Shown here piece after piece: positions 1-9,695 of a DNA stretch of 45,635 nt (its first letter is position 1; each line of letters begins with the position of its first letter). The translations under genes and the position numbers were made by a program. This DNA is from Candidatus Rokuibacteriota bacterium (GTDB lineage Bacteria > Methylomirabilota > Methylomirabilia > Rokubacteriales > DASRDR01). The stretch covers positions 1 to 45,635 of the forward strand of contig JBIOTN010000127.1 in the NCBI GenBank assembly GCA_044866005.1, given 5' to 3'. The notes under the pieces were generated by a model. That model was given only the letters and a program-made list of their open reading frames with translations. It ran no database searches and had not been told where the DNA came from.

Positions 1-47
1 AAGACCCCCCCGATTCCCCCCCCTCGGGTGCGGCGGCGGAGCCGCCG
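1..47 (+). repeat. Partial (3' part) copy of the bipartite intergenic hairpin repeat
   Basis: AAGACCCCCCCGATTCCCCCCCC...GCGGCGGCGGAGCCGCCG matches the distal part of the copies at 20604-20688 (-), 35469-35532 (-) and 39367-39453 (+). Confidence 0.6.
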
Positions 48-93
48 GGAGGGCCTTTCGCGGGGCCTGACGGCCGCGCTCCGGGGGCGCGCC

Positions 94-123
94 TTGACAG
101 GTCGCCGCTTTCCTCTCTACAGT
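94..123 (+). promoter_or_regulatory. Sigma70-type promoter of first ABC operon
   Basis: TTGACA (94-99), 18-nt spacer, TACAGT (118-123). Confidence 0.65.
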
Positions 124-281
124 CCTCCCTAGCACGCGTTCATCCTGTCGTCGGTCCCGGCTCTGCCTCCACCGGACGCCGAAAGGAGGAGCCGCCTCGC
201 CGCGGGCTGGTCGCCTGCCGACCGTCGTGCGGCCGGCCGCACTCGCCACCCGCTACACGCCACCGAAAAGGGGGAATCGCC

Positions 282-1553
282 GTGAGCACGCGAGGTCGTC
301 TCTCTAGCATCACGCTGGTCGGGCTCCTGCTGCTCGGGCTTGCCCCGGCCGGCCCGGCGGACGCCCAGTGCCAGCTCGGCGTGCCGATGATCAAGATCGG
401 CGTGCAGGGCGTGAACTCGGGCTCGCACGCGGACTACGGCCGCCAGATCCTCATGGGCGCCACGCAGGCGGTCGACGAGATCAACGGCGCCGGCGGGATC
501 CTGGGCTGCAAGCTCGAGATGAAGTTCATGGACGACGAGAACAAGCCGGCGGTCGGCGTGAAGAACGCCCGGTACCTCGTGACGGAATGGGGCGCCCACT
601 TCCTCTACGGCACGGACTCCAGCGGGGTCGCCATGGCGATCGGCCCGATCCTGCCCGAGCTCGGCCGGATCCAGTTCTTCACGCACGCGGCGACCCACCG
701 CCTCACCGAGGAGCTGGTCGCCCAGAAGGGGATCCAGGAGATCGTGCGCGTGAGCGTCCCCGTCTACCAGGACGCGATCACCGCCGCGCTGGTCTTCAAG
801 GACCGGCCGGAGATCAAGCGCTGGGCGACGATCGGCGCCGACTACGAGTACGGCTACGCCTCCTGGAACCTCTTCAAGGAGACGCTCAAGAAGTACCGCC
901 CCGACGTCGAGTTCGTGGCGGCGGCCTGGGCGCCCTTCCTGACGATGGACTTCTCGCCGCACATCGCCGCCGTCATGGGCGCGAAGCCGGACGCCATCTT
1001 CTCGACGCCGTGGGCGGGCGAGGCCGTGGGCCTCCTGCGGCAGGCCCTGCTCCAGGGCGTCTTCGACCAGACCCAGGCGTGGTGGCAGGCCATGGGCGGG
1101 TCGGTCGACGTGCTGGAGGGGATCGCGCCCGAGGTGCGGGAGAACCGCTTCAAGGGGAAGCTCTGGGCGACGGCCCGCTACATCCACAACTGGCCGGACA
1201 CGCCGGAGAACAAGGCCTTCGTCGAGCGCTTCCGCCAGCGCTGGGGGCGCCTGCCGAACTACTCGGCCGAGACGACGTACTCGGCCGTCATGATCACGAA
1301 GGCGGCCGTGGAGAAGGCGCGGAGCCTCGAGACGAAGGCCGTCATCGGGGCGCTGCGCGGCGGGCAGTTCACGACGCCGGCCGGCGTCCGCACCTTCCGC
1401 GACGAGGACCACCAGTTCGTCTACAACGTCCCCGCCGGCCGCGTGGTGATCGACCCCAAGTACCCGATCCCCGTGCTCGGGGAGCTCCGGATCGTCCCGG
1501 CCAGGGACTACTACCGCCACCCGCCGTTCACGCCGGTCGCGGCGACGAAGTAG
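282..1553 (+). CDS. Branched-chain amino acid-type ABC transporter substrate-binding protein (LivK/LivJ family)
   Basis: Signal peptide ending ADA-Q; AVDEINGAGGILG motif; GGGGAA SD before GTG; followed by livH/M/G/F-like genes. Confidence 0.9.
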   Translation: MSTRGRLSSITLVGLLLLGLAPAGPADAQCQLGVPMIKIGVQGVNSGSHADYGRQILMGATQAVDEINGAGGILGCKLEMKFMDDENKPAVGVKNARYLVTEWGAHFLYGTDSSGVAMAIGPILPELGRIQFFTHAATHRLTEELVAQKGIQEIVRVSVPVYQDAITAALVFKDRPEIKRWATIGADYEYGYASWNLFKETLKKYRPDVEFVAAAWAPFLTMDFSPHIAAVMGAKPDAIFSTPWAGEAVGLLRQALLQGVFDQTQAWWQAMGGSVDVLEGIAPEVRENRFKGKLWATARYIHNWPDTPENKAFVERFRQRWGRLPNYSAETTYSAVMITKAAVEKARSLETKAVIGALRGGQFTTPAGVRTFRDEDHQFVYNVPAGRVVIDPKYPIPVLGELRIVPARDYYRHPPFTPVAATK

Positions 1554-1571
1554 CGAACCGCGCCGCCTCGC

Positions 1572-1602
1572 GGGCCCGGTCGGCCGCTGGCCGGCCGGGC
1601 CC
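1572..1602 (+). other. Intercistronic stem-loop after substrate-binding protein gene
   Basis: GGGCCCGGTCGGCC-GCT-GGCCGGCCGGGCCC, 14-bp stem with one G-U pair and no U-tract; usual position for an mRNA-stabilising hairpin in ABC operons. Confidence 0.55.
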
Positions 1603-1659
1603 ACCCCCACCCCGCGAGCGCCGCGCCAAACCGGTCCGGACGCTCTCGGCGAGAACAGC

Positions 1660-2526
1660 ATGACGCTCGAGCAGCTCGGCTACCAGGGGCTCGTCGGGCT
1701 GAGCCTCGCCATGTACCTCTGGCTCGTGTCCGCCGGGCTGACCATCATCTTCGGGGTCCTCGGCGTCCTCAACTTCGCCCACGGGAGCCTCTTCATGGTC
1801 GGAGCCTACCTCGCCTACACGGCGTACGGGCTCTGGGGCTGGCCCTTCTGGGTCGCCGTCCTCGTGAGCCTGGCCGGCACGGGGCTGCTCGGGCTCGTGA
1901 TGGAGCGCGGCTTCATCCGGCACCTCTACGGCGTGGACGAGGCCTACCAGCTCCTGCTGACCTTCGGCTTCATCCTGATCCTCGACGACGCGGTGAAGTT
2001 CATCTGGGGCGGCGTGTTCAAGATCCCCCCCATCCCCCGGTTCCTCGACGGCGCCTGGCTGCTCTTCGGCCGGCCGTTCCCCGTCTACAACGCCTTCATC
2101 ATGGCCGTGGGGGTGGCGGTCGCGGGCGGGCTCTGGCTCCTCTTCGAGCGGACGTGGTGGGGCCGGATGGTGCGCGCCACGGCCTCCGACCGCGAGATGG
2201 CGGGGGCCATCGGTGTGCGGGTGCCGCGTGTCTTCGCCGGCGTCTTCGTGCTCGGCTCGATGCTGGCGGCGCTCGGCGGGGCCCTCGGCGCGCCGGTCCG
2301 CGTCGTCACCCCGGGCGTCGGCGCCGCCATGATCATCCAGGCCTTCATCATCACGGTCATCGGCGGCCTGGGGAACCTCCGCGGCGCCTTCGTCGGCTCG
2401 CTGATCGTCGGGGTGCTCTCCGCCTACGGGACGGTGTTCTTCCCGGTCTTCGAGCTCTTCTTCATCTACGTCATCATGGCGGGGGTGCTGCTGATCCGCC
2501 CCCAGGGGCTCTTCGGGGGCGCCTGA
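1660..2526 (+). CDS. livH: Branched-chain amino acid ABC transporter permease (LivH-like)
   Basis: GLTIIFGVLGVLNFAHG, GRMVRA..DREMA..IGV and RPQGLFG motifs; hydrophobic. Confidence 0.9.
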   Translation: MTLEQLGYQGLVGLSLAMYLWLVSAGLTIIFGVLGVLNFAHGSLFMVGAYLAYTAYGLWGWPFWVAVLVSLAGTGLLGLVMERGFIRHLYGVDEAYQLLLTFGFILILDDAVKFIWGGVFKIPPIPRFLDGAWLLFGRPFPVYNAFIMAVGVAVAGGLWLLFERTWWGRMVRATASDREMAGAIGVRVPRVFAGVFVLGSMLAALGGALGAPVRVVTPGVGAAMIIQAFIITVIGGLGNLRGAFVGSLIVGVLSAYGTVFFPVFELFFIYVIMAGVLLIRPQGLFGGA

Positions 2527-3518
2527 TGGCGGGCGCGCGCCGCCTCGAAGCCGGGCTCGGCGCGGTCGTGCTGGGCGGGCTCCTGCTCCTGCCGCTCGGC
2601 GCCGGCCGTTACGTCGTTTACCTCACGATGCAGATCCTCATCCTGGCCGTGTTCGCGCTCGGCTTCAACGTGCTCTTCGGGTACACGGGGCTCCTTTCCT
2701 TCGGCCAGGCCGGGTTCTTCGCCGTCGGCGCCTATACCTGCGCGCTGATCCTCCTGGAGGTGCCCTCGCTCCTCCTGGGGCTCGCCGGCGGGGTGGCGGC
2801 CGCCGGGCTGGCCGCGCTCGTCCTCGGCGCGCTGTCGGTGCGCCACACGCGGATCTACTTCTCCATGCTCACGCTCGCCTTCGGGATGATGATCTACTCC
2901 GTCGCCTGGAAGTGGCGTGACGTGACGGGCGGGGACGACGGCCTCGTGGGGATTCCGCGGGCGCCGCTCGGCCCGCCCGCCTTCCCCGGGCCCTCCGTCG
3001 CCGCGCTCGAGCGCTACTACTACGTCGTCCTCGTCACGGCGGTGGTGGCGGTCGTCCTCATGCGGCGGCTCGTCCGCTCCCCTCTGGGGCTGACCCTCCA
3101 GGGCATCCGCGACAGCGAGAGCCGGGTCGCCTTCACGGGCGTGTCGGTGCGCGCCTACCGGCTCGCCGCGTTCACCATCGCGGGCGTGTACGCGGGTCTC
3201 GCCGGGGCGCTCTTGCCCGCGCTCGAGAGCACGGTCACCCCGCCGATCGCGCACTGGTCGAGCTCCGCCGAGCCGGTCCTGGCGACCCTCCTCGGGGGGA
3301 TCCGCGCCTTCTGGGGGCCCGTGATCGGGGCCGTCCTCTTCTTCGTGATCAAGGACGTCATCGTCCGCTTCACCGAGTACTGGCTCATCTGGCTCGGCGC
3401 CATCGTGGTCGTGCTCGTCCTCGGGTTCCGTGGCGGGGTGGCGAGCATGCTGGAGCGCCTCCTGGCCGGCGTCGCCGGGCCGTCCACCGGCGCGCCGGGC
3501 GGGCGGAAGGCGGGATGA
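2526..3518 (+). CDS. livM: Branched-chain amino acid ABC transporter permease (LivM-like)
   Basis: Start reassigned to ATG 2526 (TGATG overlap); GYTGLLSFGQAGFFAVGAY, YFSMLTLAFG, TGGDDGL. Confidence 0.9.
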   Translation: MAGARRLEAGLGAVVLGGLLLLPLGAGRYVVYLTMQILILAVFALGFNVLFGYTGLLSFGQAGFFAVGAYTCALILLEVPSLLLGLAGGVAAAGLAALVLGALSVRHTRIYFSMLTLAFGMMIYSVAWKWRDVTGGDDGLVGIPRAPLGPPAFPGPSVAALERYYYVVLVTAVVAVVLMRRLVRSPLGLTLQGIRDSESRVAFTGVSVRAYRLAAFTIAGVYAGLAGALLPALESTVTPPIAHWSSSAEPVLATLLGGIRAFWGPVIGAVLFFVIKDVIVRFTEYWLIWLGAIVVVLVLGFRGGVASMLERLLAGVAGPSTGAPGGRKAG

Positions 3519-4273
3519 TGGAGCTCCTGCGCGTCGAGGGGCTTCGCAAGCTGTTCGGCGCGCTCGCCGCGGCGGACGGCGTCGACCTCGCCATCCCGGC
3601 CGGGCGGCGCACGGCCTTGATCGGCCCCAACGGGGCGGGGAAGACGACCCTCATCAACCTCGTGACGGGCGGCCTCGCCCCGGACGCGGGGCGCGTCTTC
3701 CTGGAGGGCGAGGAGATCACGCGCTGGCCGATCCACCGTCGCGTGCGGCGGGGGCTCACGCGCTCCTTCCAGCTCATGAACATCTTCCCCCGGGTGACCG
3801 TGCTGGAGAACCTCCTGATCCCGGTCCTGGCGCGGCACGGCCGGTCCCACCGGCCGCTCGGCGCGGTGGCGCGGGAGCGTGACGCCGTGGGCGAGGCGGA
3901 GGCGCTCCTGGCGGAGCTCGGCCTCGCCGCCTTCCGGGACCAGGCTGCGGCGGCGCTGTCCCACGGCGACCAGCGCCTGCTCGAGCTGGGCATCGCGCTC
4001 GCGCCGCGGCCGAGCCTCTGCTTCCTCGACGAGCCCTCCGCGGGCCTGAATCCCCTGGAGCGGGTGACGGTGCTCGAGCTGGTCCGCCGGCTCTCCGAGG
4101 CGCGGCGGACCACCTTCGTCATCGTCGAGCACGACATGGACGTGGTCTTCTCGCTGGCGGACTGGATCGTCGTGATGAACCGGGGCCGGGTGCTGGCCGA
4201 GGGGCCACCGGCCGAGATCCGGGACCACCGTGAGGTGCGCGAGATCTACCTGGGCGAGGAGCTGTCCGCGTGA
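3515..4273 (+). CDS. livG: ABC transporter ATP-binding protein (LivG-like)
   Basis: Walker A GPNGAGKTT, LSHGDQR signature, LDEP, VEHDM. Confidence 0.9.
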   Translation: MMELLRVEGLRKLFGALAAADGVDLAIPAGRRTALIGPNGAGKTTLINLVTGGLAPDAGRVFLEGEEITRWPIHRRVRRGLTRSFQLMNIFPRVTVLENLLIPVLARHGRSHRPLGAVARERDAVGEAEALLAELGLAAFRDQAAAALSHGDQRLLELGIALAPRPSLCFLDEPSAGLNPLERVTVLELVRRLSEARRTTFVIVEHDMDVVFSLADWIVVMNRGRVLAEGPPAEIRDHREVREIYLGEELSA

Positions 4274-4971
4274 TCCTGGCGCTCGAGGGCGTGGTGACCG
4301 CCTACGGCCGGAGCGAGGTCCTCCGCGGCGTCAGCCTGGAGGTGGCGCCGGGCGAGATCGCCTGCCTGCTCGGGCGGAACGGGGCGGGGAAGACCACGAC
4401 GCTCCGCAGCATCATGGGGCTCACGCCGCCGCGCGCCGGCCGGGTGCGATTCCGGGGGCGCGACATCACGCGGTTGCCGCCCTATGCCGTCGCGCGGCTG
4501 GGGATCGGCTACGTGCCCGACGATCGCCGGATCTTCCCGGACCTCACGGTGGCGGAGAACCTCGAGATCGGCCGGCGGGCCGCGGGGCGGGCGGGCCGGT
4601 GGACCGCGGCCGAGGTCACCGCCCTCTTCCCTGCGCTCGCGCGGCTCGTGGGCCAGCGGGGCTTCGGCCTCTCGGGCGGCGAGCAGAAGATGCTGGCGAT
4701 CGGGCGCGCCCTCATGGGCAATCCCGAGCTCCTCGTTCTCGACGAGCCCTCCGAAGGGCTCTCGCCCCTCGTGGTCCGCGACCTCGTCGGTGTCCTCCGT
4801 CGGATCCGGGACGACGGCGTGACGCTGCTCCTCGCCGACCAGAATCTGAAGTTCGCCCGGCGGGTGGCGGACCGGGGCTACGTCCTCGACAAGGGGGCGA
4901 TCCAGTACGCGGGGACGCTCGAAGCGCTGTGGGCGGACGAGGCGGTGGTCCGCCGCTACCTGGCGGTCTGA
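4270..4971 (+). CDS. livF: ABC transporter ATP-binding protein (LivF-like)
   Basis: GRNGAGKTT, LSGGEQKMLAIGRALM, LDEPSEGL; GTGA overlap with livG. Confidence 0.9.
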   Translation: MILALEGVVTAYGRSEVLRGVSLEVAPGEIACLLGRNGAGKTTTLRSIMGLTPPRAGRVRFRGRDITRLPPYAVARLGIGYVPDDRRIFPDLTVAENLEIGRRAAGRAGRWTAAEVTALFPALARLVGQRGFGLSGGEQKMLAIGRALMGNPELLVLDEPSEGLSPLVVRDLVGVLRRIRDDGVTLLLADQNLKFARRVADRGYVLDKGAIQYAGTLEALWADEAVVRRYLAV

Positions 4972-5002
4972 GGGCAGCCCGGGCGTGGCACCGCGGACGG
5001 CG

Positions 5003-5707
5003 ATGGAGCTCCGGAAAGGCCTCGCGCTCGCCATCCTCTGGGCCGACCTCCCGGTGGACACGCGCGCCGAGTTCGAAGCCTGGGCCGCCGGGGAGCCGAT
5101 CGCCGACTGCGACCGGGCCGCGGGCGTGCTGAGCGTCGGGCGCTACGCCGCCGTCTCCGGCGGGCCGACCTTCGTCGAGGTCTACGAGCTCGCGCGCGAG
5201 GAGGCGGCCGCCTCGCCCGCGTGCCTGGCGCTCCAGGAGGCGACGCTCCGCGCGCTGGCGCGGGCCGGCGCCATCGCGTACGCGCCCGGCGCCGGCGCCG
5301 CCGCGGCGGCGGCCCGCGGCGGGCTCCACTTCGCGTCCGGCGTCTACGCGCAGATCTTCCCGCCCGCACTCGACGAGCGGAACGCCGTCCACGGCCCGCC
5401 GCCGGCGCTCCAGGTCGGCCGCATCGGCATCCCGCCCGAGCACGAGAACGAGTTCAACGAGTGGTACAACTCGGAGTACCTCGTCGGCTACCTCAAGGTG
5501 CCGGGTGTCTACAGCGCCCGCCGCTACGTCAACCGGTCGGCCGGGCTCCGCTACCTGACGGTCTACGAGCTGGCGCACGCCGAGGTGAGCCGGCAGGCCG
5601 ACTGGGACCGCGCCCGGGCCCAGTCGGTGTGGCGGCGGCGGATCGAGCGGCTCTGGACCCACGCCCCGGGCTCGCCCGGCATCTACCGCCGGCTCGCCGC
5701 CCGCTGA
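5003..5707 (+). CDS. Hypothetical protein with duplicated dimeric alpha/beta-barrel (DUF4286/EthD-like) domains
   Basis: Two related halves: EFEAW..GVLSVGRY..FVEVYEL and EFNEWYNSEY..VPGVYSARRY..YLTVYEL; start could be GTG 4985 instead. Confidence 0.65.
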   Translation: MELRKGLALAILWADLPVDTRAEFEAWAAGEPIADCDRAAGVLSVGRYAAVSGGPTFVEVYELAREEAAASPACLALQEATLRALARAGAIAYAPGAGAAAAAARGGLHFASGVYAQIFPPALDERNAVHGPPPALQVGRIGIPPEHENEFNEWYNSEYLVGYLKVPGVYSARRYVNRSAGLRYLTVYELAHAEVSRQADWDRARAQSVWRRRIERLWTHAPGSPGIYRRLAAR

Positions 5708-5772
5708 GCGCTGCGGCTGGCGGAGGATGCGTCCGGGCACTACCTGCGGCGCCGCGGCCCACCGCGGGTGCC

Positions 5773-5801
5773 TTGACAGCCCCGCGACCCGAGCATAGAG
5801 T
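5773..5801 (+). promoter_or_regulatory. Sigma70-type promoter of second ABC operon
   Basis: TTGACA (5773-5778), 17-nt spacer, TAGAGT (5796-5801). Confidence 0.7.
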
Positions 5802-5884
5802 CCGGCTCACCGAGCGACCGAGAGGAGTCGACACTCGGAGGCGTGCGCACCCGGGGTAGACCAGGCGGGAAAAGGAGAGGAGCC

Positions 5885-7030
5885 ATGGATCGAGGGCGAC
5901 GGATCGTGGGGACTGTGGGCATCATGGCGCTGCTTGCCGCGCTCGCGGCGCCGCCACCGGCCGCGGCCCAACAGGTCGTGAAGATCGCCGCGGGCGTCCC
6001 GCTCACCGGGCCTCTGGCGAAGCAGGGGCAGGAGGTGGCGAACGCCGTGAAGCTCGCCGCCGAGGAGTGGAATCGGAAGGGCGGAGTGCTGGGCAAGAAG
6101 ATCGAGGTGCTCGAGGCCGACGACCAGGGCAACCCCCAGGTCGGCGTGGCCGCGGCCGAGAAGGTCGCTGCGGATCCTGCCGTGCTGGGGGCGGTGTGGG
6201 GGATCACGAGCGTGACGTGCATCCCGGTCTCGGAGGTTCTCGAGCGGGTGAGCCTGGTGCTGATCAGCCCGGGCTGCACCAACCCCAAGGTCACCGACCG
6301 GGGGCTGAAGAACGTCAACCGGGTCTGCGCCCGGGACGACGCTCAGGGTCCGGCCGGCGCCATCTTCGCCGTCCAGGACCTCAAGGCGAAGAAGATCGCG
6401 ATCTTCGACGACGGCACGACGGGCCCCAAGGGCGCGGCCGACGAGGTGGAGAAGAAGACCAGGCAGCTCGGCGCGACGCCCGTCCGCTACGTGATCCGGT
6501 CGGGTGACAAGGATTTCCGCGCCATCCTGGCGACCGTTCCCAAGGACGTCAACGTGATCTACGCGAGCCTCTGGGCGCCGGACGCGGCCCTCCTCGCCAA
6601 GCAGCTCCCCGACGTGGGCCTGAACGTCCGGATGATCGGCCCGGACGGCCAGTTCGAGCCGGTGGACTACATCCAGGCCTCCGGCGGCGCTGCCGAAGGG
6701 AACTACGTGACGTTCCTCGCGCCGGACCTGAAAAAGGTCCCCGCCGCGGCGGCCTTCGTGAAGGCGTTCGAGGCCAAGTATGGCCCGGTCAGCTCGTACG
6801 GCCCGCTCGCCTACGAGGCCGCCAACATCATCCTGGAGGCGGTCAAGAAGGCGGGGAAGACGGATCGGGCGGCCGTCCGCGACGCCGTGCGTGCCACGAA
6901 GGAGTACAAGGGGATTCTCGGCGTGCCCATCAGCTTCGACGACAAAGGCGACGTGGCCGGCGGGGTGATCTTCGTCTACCAGGTGAAGGGGACCGGCTTC
7001 GAGCAGATCAAGACCATCGTGGTGAAGTAG
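5885..7030 (+). CDS. livK: Branched-chain amino acid ABC transporter substrate-binding protein (LivK-like)
   Basis: ATG 5885 after AAAGGAGAGG; signal peptide; PLTGPLA..G, GGVLGKKIE..DDQGNP, ISFDDKGD. Confidence 0.88.
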   Translation: MDRGRRIVGTVGIMALLAALAAPPPAAAQQVVKIAAGVPLTGPLAKQGQEVANAVKLAAEEWNRKGGVLGKKIEVLEADDQGNPQVGVAAAEKVAADPAVLGAVWGITSVTCIPVSEVLERVSLVLISPGCTNPKVTDRGLKNVNRVCARDDAQGPAGAIFAVQDLKAKKIAIFDDGTTGPKGAADEVEKKTRQLGATPVRYVIRSGDKDFRAILATVPKDVNVIYASLWAPDAALLAKQLPDVGLNVRMIGPDGQFEPVDYIQASGGAAEGNYVTFLAPDLKKVPAAAAFVKAFEAKYGPVSSYGPLAYEAANIILEAVKKAGKTDRAAVRDAVRATKEYKGILGVPISFDDKGDVAGGVIFVYQVKGTGFEQIKTIVVK

Positions 7031-7061
7031 CGCCCGCGAGCGACGCGACCGGCCGGGCGCG

Positions 7062-7853
7062 ATGGCGCTCCTCGAGGCCGTCGGGCTGACGAAGGCCTTC
7101 GGCGGCCTTCGGGCGGTGCAAGACCTCGACCTCGAGGTCGCGGAGAGGCGGATCGTCGGCCTGATCGGGCCCAATGGCTCGGGAAAGACCACGGTCTTCA
7201 ACCTCATCACGGGCGTCTATCGCGCCACGGCCGGCCGCGTCTCGTTCGACTCGGGGATCGCGGGCCGGAGGGAGCTGATCGGCCTGGCCTCCCACCGCAT
7301 CACCGCGCTGGGCATCGCCCGCACGTTCCAGAACCAGCGCCTGTTCAACGCGATGACCGTCCTCGAGAACGTCCTGGTCGGCATGCACTGCCGGACGCGC
7401 AGCGGCATCGGGCGCATCCTGCTGGGCCTGCCGTCCGCGCGGGCCGAGCGGCGGCGCGCCGAGTCGCGGGCGGCCGAGCTGCTCGCGCTGTTCGGCGCGC
7501 GGCTCCTCCCGCGGGCGGAAGAGCCGGCGTGGAGCCTGTCGTACGCCAACCGGCGCCGGCTCGAAATCGCGCGGGCCCTGGCGACCGAGCCCCGGCTGCT
7601 GCTTCTCGACGAGCCGGCGGCCGGCATGAACCCGACCGAGACCCAGGAGCTCATGGGCGACATCCGCCGCATCCGTGACCGCGGAATCGGCGTGCTGCTC
7701 ATCGAGCACGACATGCGGGTCGTCCGCGGCATCTGCGACCACGTGGTCGCGATGGACCACGGGGCGAAGATCGCGGAGGGAAGCTTCGAGGAGGTCCAGC
7801 GGAATCCGGCCGTGCTCGAGGCCTACCTGGGGCGCCGGGCGGGCCGTGCTTAG
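7062..7853 (+). CDS. livG: ABC transporter ATP-binding protein (LivG-like)
   Basis: GPNGSGKTT, ARTFQN, LSYANRRRLEIARALA, LDEPAAGMN, EAYLG. Confidence 0.9.
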   Translation: MALLEAVGLTKAFGGLRAVQDLDLEVAERRIVGLIGPNGSGKTTVFNLITGVYRATAGRVSFDSGIAGRRELIGLASHRITALGIARTFQNQRLFNAMTVLENVLVGMHCRTRSGIGRILLGLPSARAERRRAESRAAELLALFGARLLPRAEEPAWSLSYANRRRLEIARALATEPRLLLLDEPAAGMNPTETQELMGDIRRIRDRGIGVLLIEHDMRVVRGICDHVVAMDHGAKIAEGSFEEVQRNPAVLEAYLGRRAGRA

Positions 7854-8559
7854 GCTGAGCGACGTCGTCGCCCACTACGGTCCGCTGCGCGTCCTGAAGG
7901 GCGTCAGCCTGGAGGTGCGCGCCGGCGAGATCGTGTGCCTCCTGGGCGGGAACGCCTCCGGCAAATCCACCACCATGAAGGCGATCCTGGGCGTGGTGCG
8001 GCCCCGGGCGGGCCGCATCGAATTCGACGGCGAACGCATCGACGGCCTGCCGACCGAGTCGATCGTGCGCCGCGGGATCTCGCTCGTCCCGGAGGCGCGG
8101 CGGATCTTCGCCCGGATGACCGTGTGGGAGAACCTCCTGATGGGCGCCTTCACGCGGCGGGGCGAGCCGGGGAAGGCGCTGGAGCAGGATCTCGAGCGCG
8201 TCTACGCGCTCTTCCCGCGCTTGCGGGAGCGGGCGCGCCAGGTCGGCGGCACGCTCTCCGGCGGCGAGCAGCAGATGCTCGCCATCGGCCGCGCCCTGAT
8301 GGCGCGGCCCCGGCTGCTCCTGATGGACGAGCCCTCCATGGGGCTCGCGCCGGCGCTGGTGGACGAGGTCTTCGACATCATCCAGGCCCTCAACGGGCAG
8401 GGGACGACCATTCTGGTCGTGGAGCAGAACGCCACCGTGGCGCTCGGCATCGCCAGCCGGGGTTACGTCCTGCAGAACGGCCGGATCGTCGTCCACGACA
8501 GTGCGGACGCCCTCCTGCGCGCGGATCATATCCGGCGCGCCTACCTGGGCGAGACCTGA
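7846..8559 (+). CDS. livF: ABC transporter ATP-binding protein (LivF-like)
   Basis: Start reassigned to GTG 7846; GGNASGKST, LSGGEQQMLAIGRALM, DEPSMGLAP. Confidence 0.9.
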   Translation: MLRLSDVVAHYGPLRVLKGVSLEVRAGEIVCLLGGNASGKSTTMKAILGVVRPRAGRIEFDGERIDGLPTESIVRRGISLVPEARRIFARMTVWENLLMGAFTRRGEPGKALEQDLERVYALFPRLRERARQVGGTLSGGEQQMLAIGRALMARPRLLLMDEPSMGLAPALVDEVFDIIQALNGQGTTILVVEQNATVALGIASRGYVLQNGRIVVHDSADALLRADHIRRAYLGET

Positions 8560-8562
8560 CGC

Positions 8563-9504
8563 GTGGCCGAGATCCTCCAGATCCTGCCCCAGCAGCTCGT
8601 GTTCGGCATCGCGCTGGGGACCGTGTACGGCTTGATCGCGCTCGGCTACACGATGGTGTACGGCGTCCTCTTCATGATCAACTTCGCGCACGGCGAGGTC
8701 TTCATGATCGGCGCCTACATCGGCTGGTGGGCCCTCACGCTCCTGCTCCAGGCGCAGGTGGGCGGGCTCCACGCGGGCTGGGTCGTGCCGCTGATGCTCC
8801 TCCAGGCCATGCTCGGCGCCGGCCTCCTGGGCGTCTGTCTCGAGCGCTTCGCCTATCGGCCCCTCTACACGAAGGGGGCCACCCGCCTCGGGCCGCTCAT
8901 CAGCGCGGTGGGCGCCTCGATCTTCCTCCAGAACGCCGTGATGCTGACCCAGGGCGCCCGGATGAAGGTCTACATGACGAGTCTCCTCTTTCCGCGCACG
9001 TGGCGCTTCCAGATCGGGGGAGTCAGCGTCTCGGCGCTCGTGGTGGTCATGAGCGCCGTCGCGCTCCTCATGATGTGGGGCCTGGACCAGCTCGTCCAGC
9101 GAACGGCCCTCGGGCGATCGATCCGCGCCGTGGCCGAAGACCGAGAGATGGCGGCGATCATGGGGGTGAACATCCGGCGGGTCATCGCCCTCACCTTCTT
9201 CCTGGGCTCGGCCCTGGGCGGCGCGGGCGGGGTGCTCGTGGGCCTCTACTACACGCAGATCGACTTCTTCATGGGGTACTCCGCCGGGCTCAAGGCGTTC
9301 ACGGCCGCGGTCCTCGGCGGCATCGGCAACATCCGGGGGGCGATGCTGGGCGGGCTGGTTCTCGGGCTGGTGGAGAGCCTCGCCGTCACCTTCATGAATC
9401 CCGCCTACAAGGACGTGATCGCCTTCGCCATCCTGATCCTCACGCTGGTGTTCCGGCCCACGGGGCTGCTGGGGGAGTCGGTCTCCGAGTGGGAGAAAGT
9501 GTAG
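8563..9504 (+). CDS. livH: Branched-chain amino acid ABC transporter permease (LivH-like)
   Basis: YGLIALGYTMVYGVLFMINFAHGE, KAFTAAVLGGIGNI, RPTGLLG. Confidence 0.92.
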   Translation: MAEILQILPQQLVFGIALGTVYGLIALGYTMVYGVLFMINFAHGEVFMIGAYIGWWALTLLLQAQVGGLHAGWVVPLMLLQAMLGAGLLGVCLERFAYRPLYTKGATRLGPLISAVGASIFLQNAVMLTQGARMKVYMTSLLFPRTWRFQIGGVSVSALVVVMSAVALLMMWGLDQLVQRTALGRSIRAVAEDREMAAIMGVNIRRVIALTFFLGSALGGAGGVLVGLYYTQIDFFMGYSAGLKAFTAAVLGGIGNIRGAMLGGLVLGLVESLAVTFMNPAYKDVIAFAILILTLVFRPTGLLGESVSEWEKV

Positions 9505-9548
9505 CCCGCCGTGCCGAGACCCGTCGCATCTCGGCGTCCTCGGTCGTC

Positions 9549-9607
9549 GCCGGCCCTCCTCATAGGGCTGGGTGGGGGGGCCGGCATACGCCTCGGCGCG
9601 GCTCGGG
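9549..9607 (+). repeat. Degenerate copy of the intergenic hairpin repeat inside the livH-livM spacer
   Basis: CCTCATAGGGCTGGGTGGGGGGGCCGGC resembles CCTCTACGGGCTGGGTGGGTGGGCCGGC of the 20604-20688 copy read on the minus strand. Confidence 0.5.
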
Positions 9608-9695
9608 CCTGTGGGCGTCCTGCGTCACGGCCGGAACGCGCTCGGCCGGCGGCCGCGCGGCCGTTCCGGCCTCTGGGGCCCGGCGCGGGCCAAGC

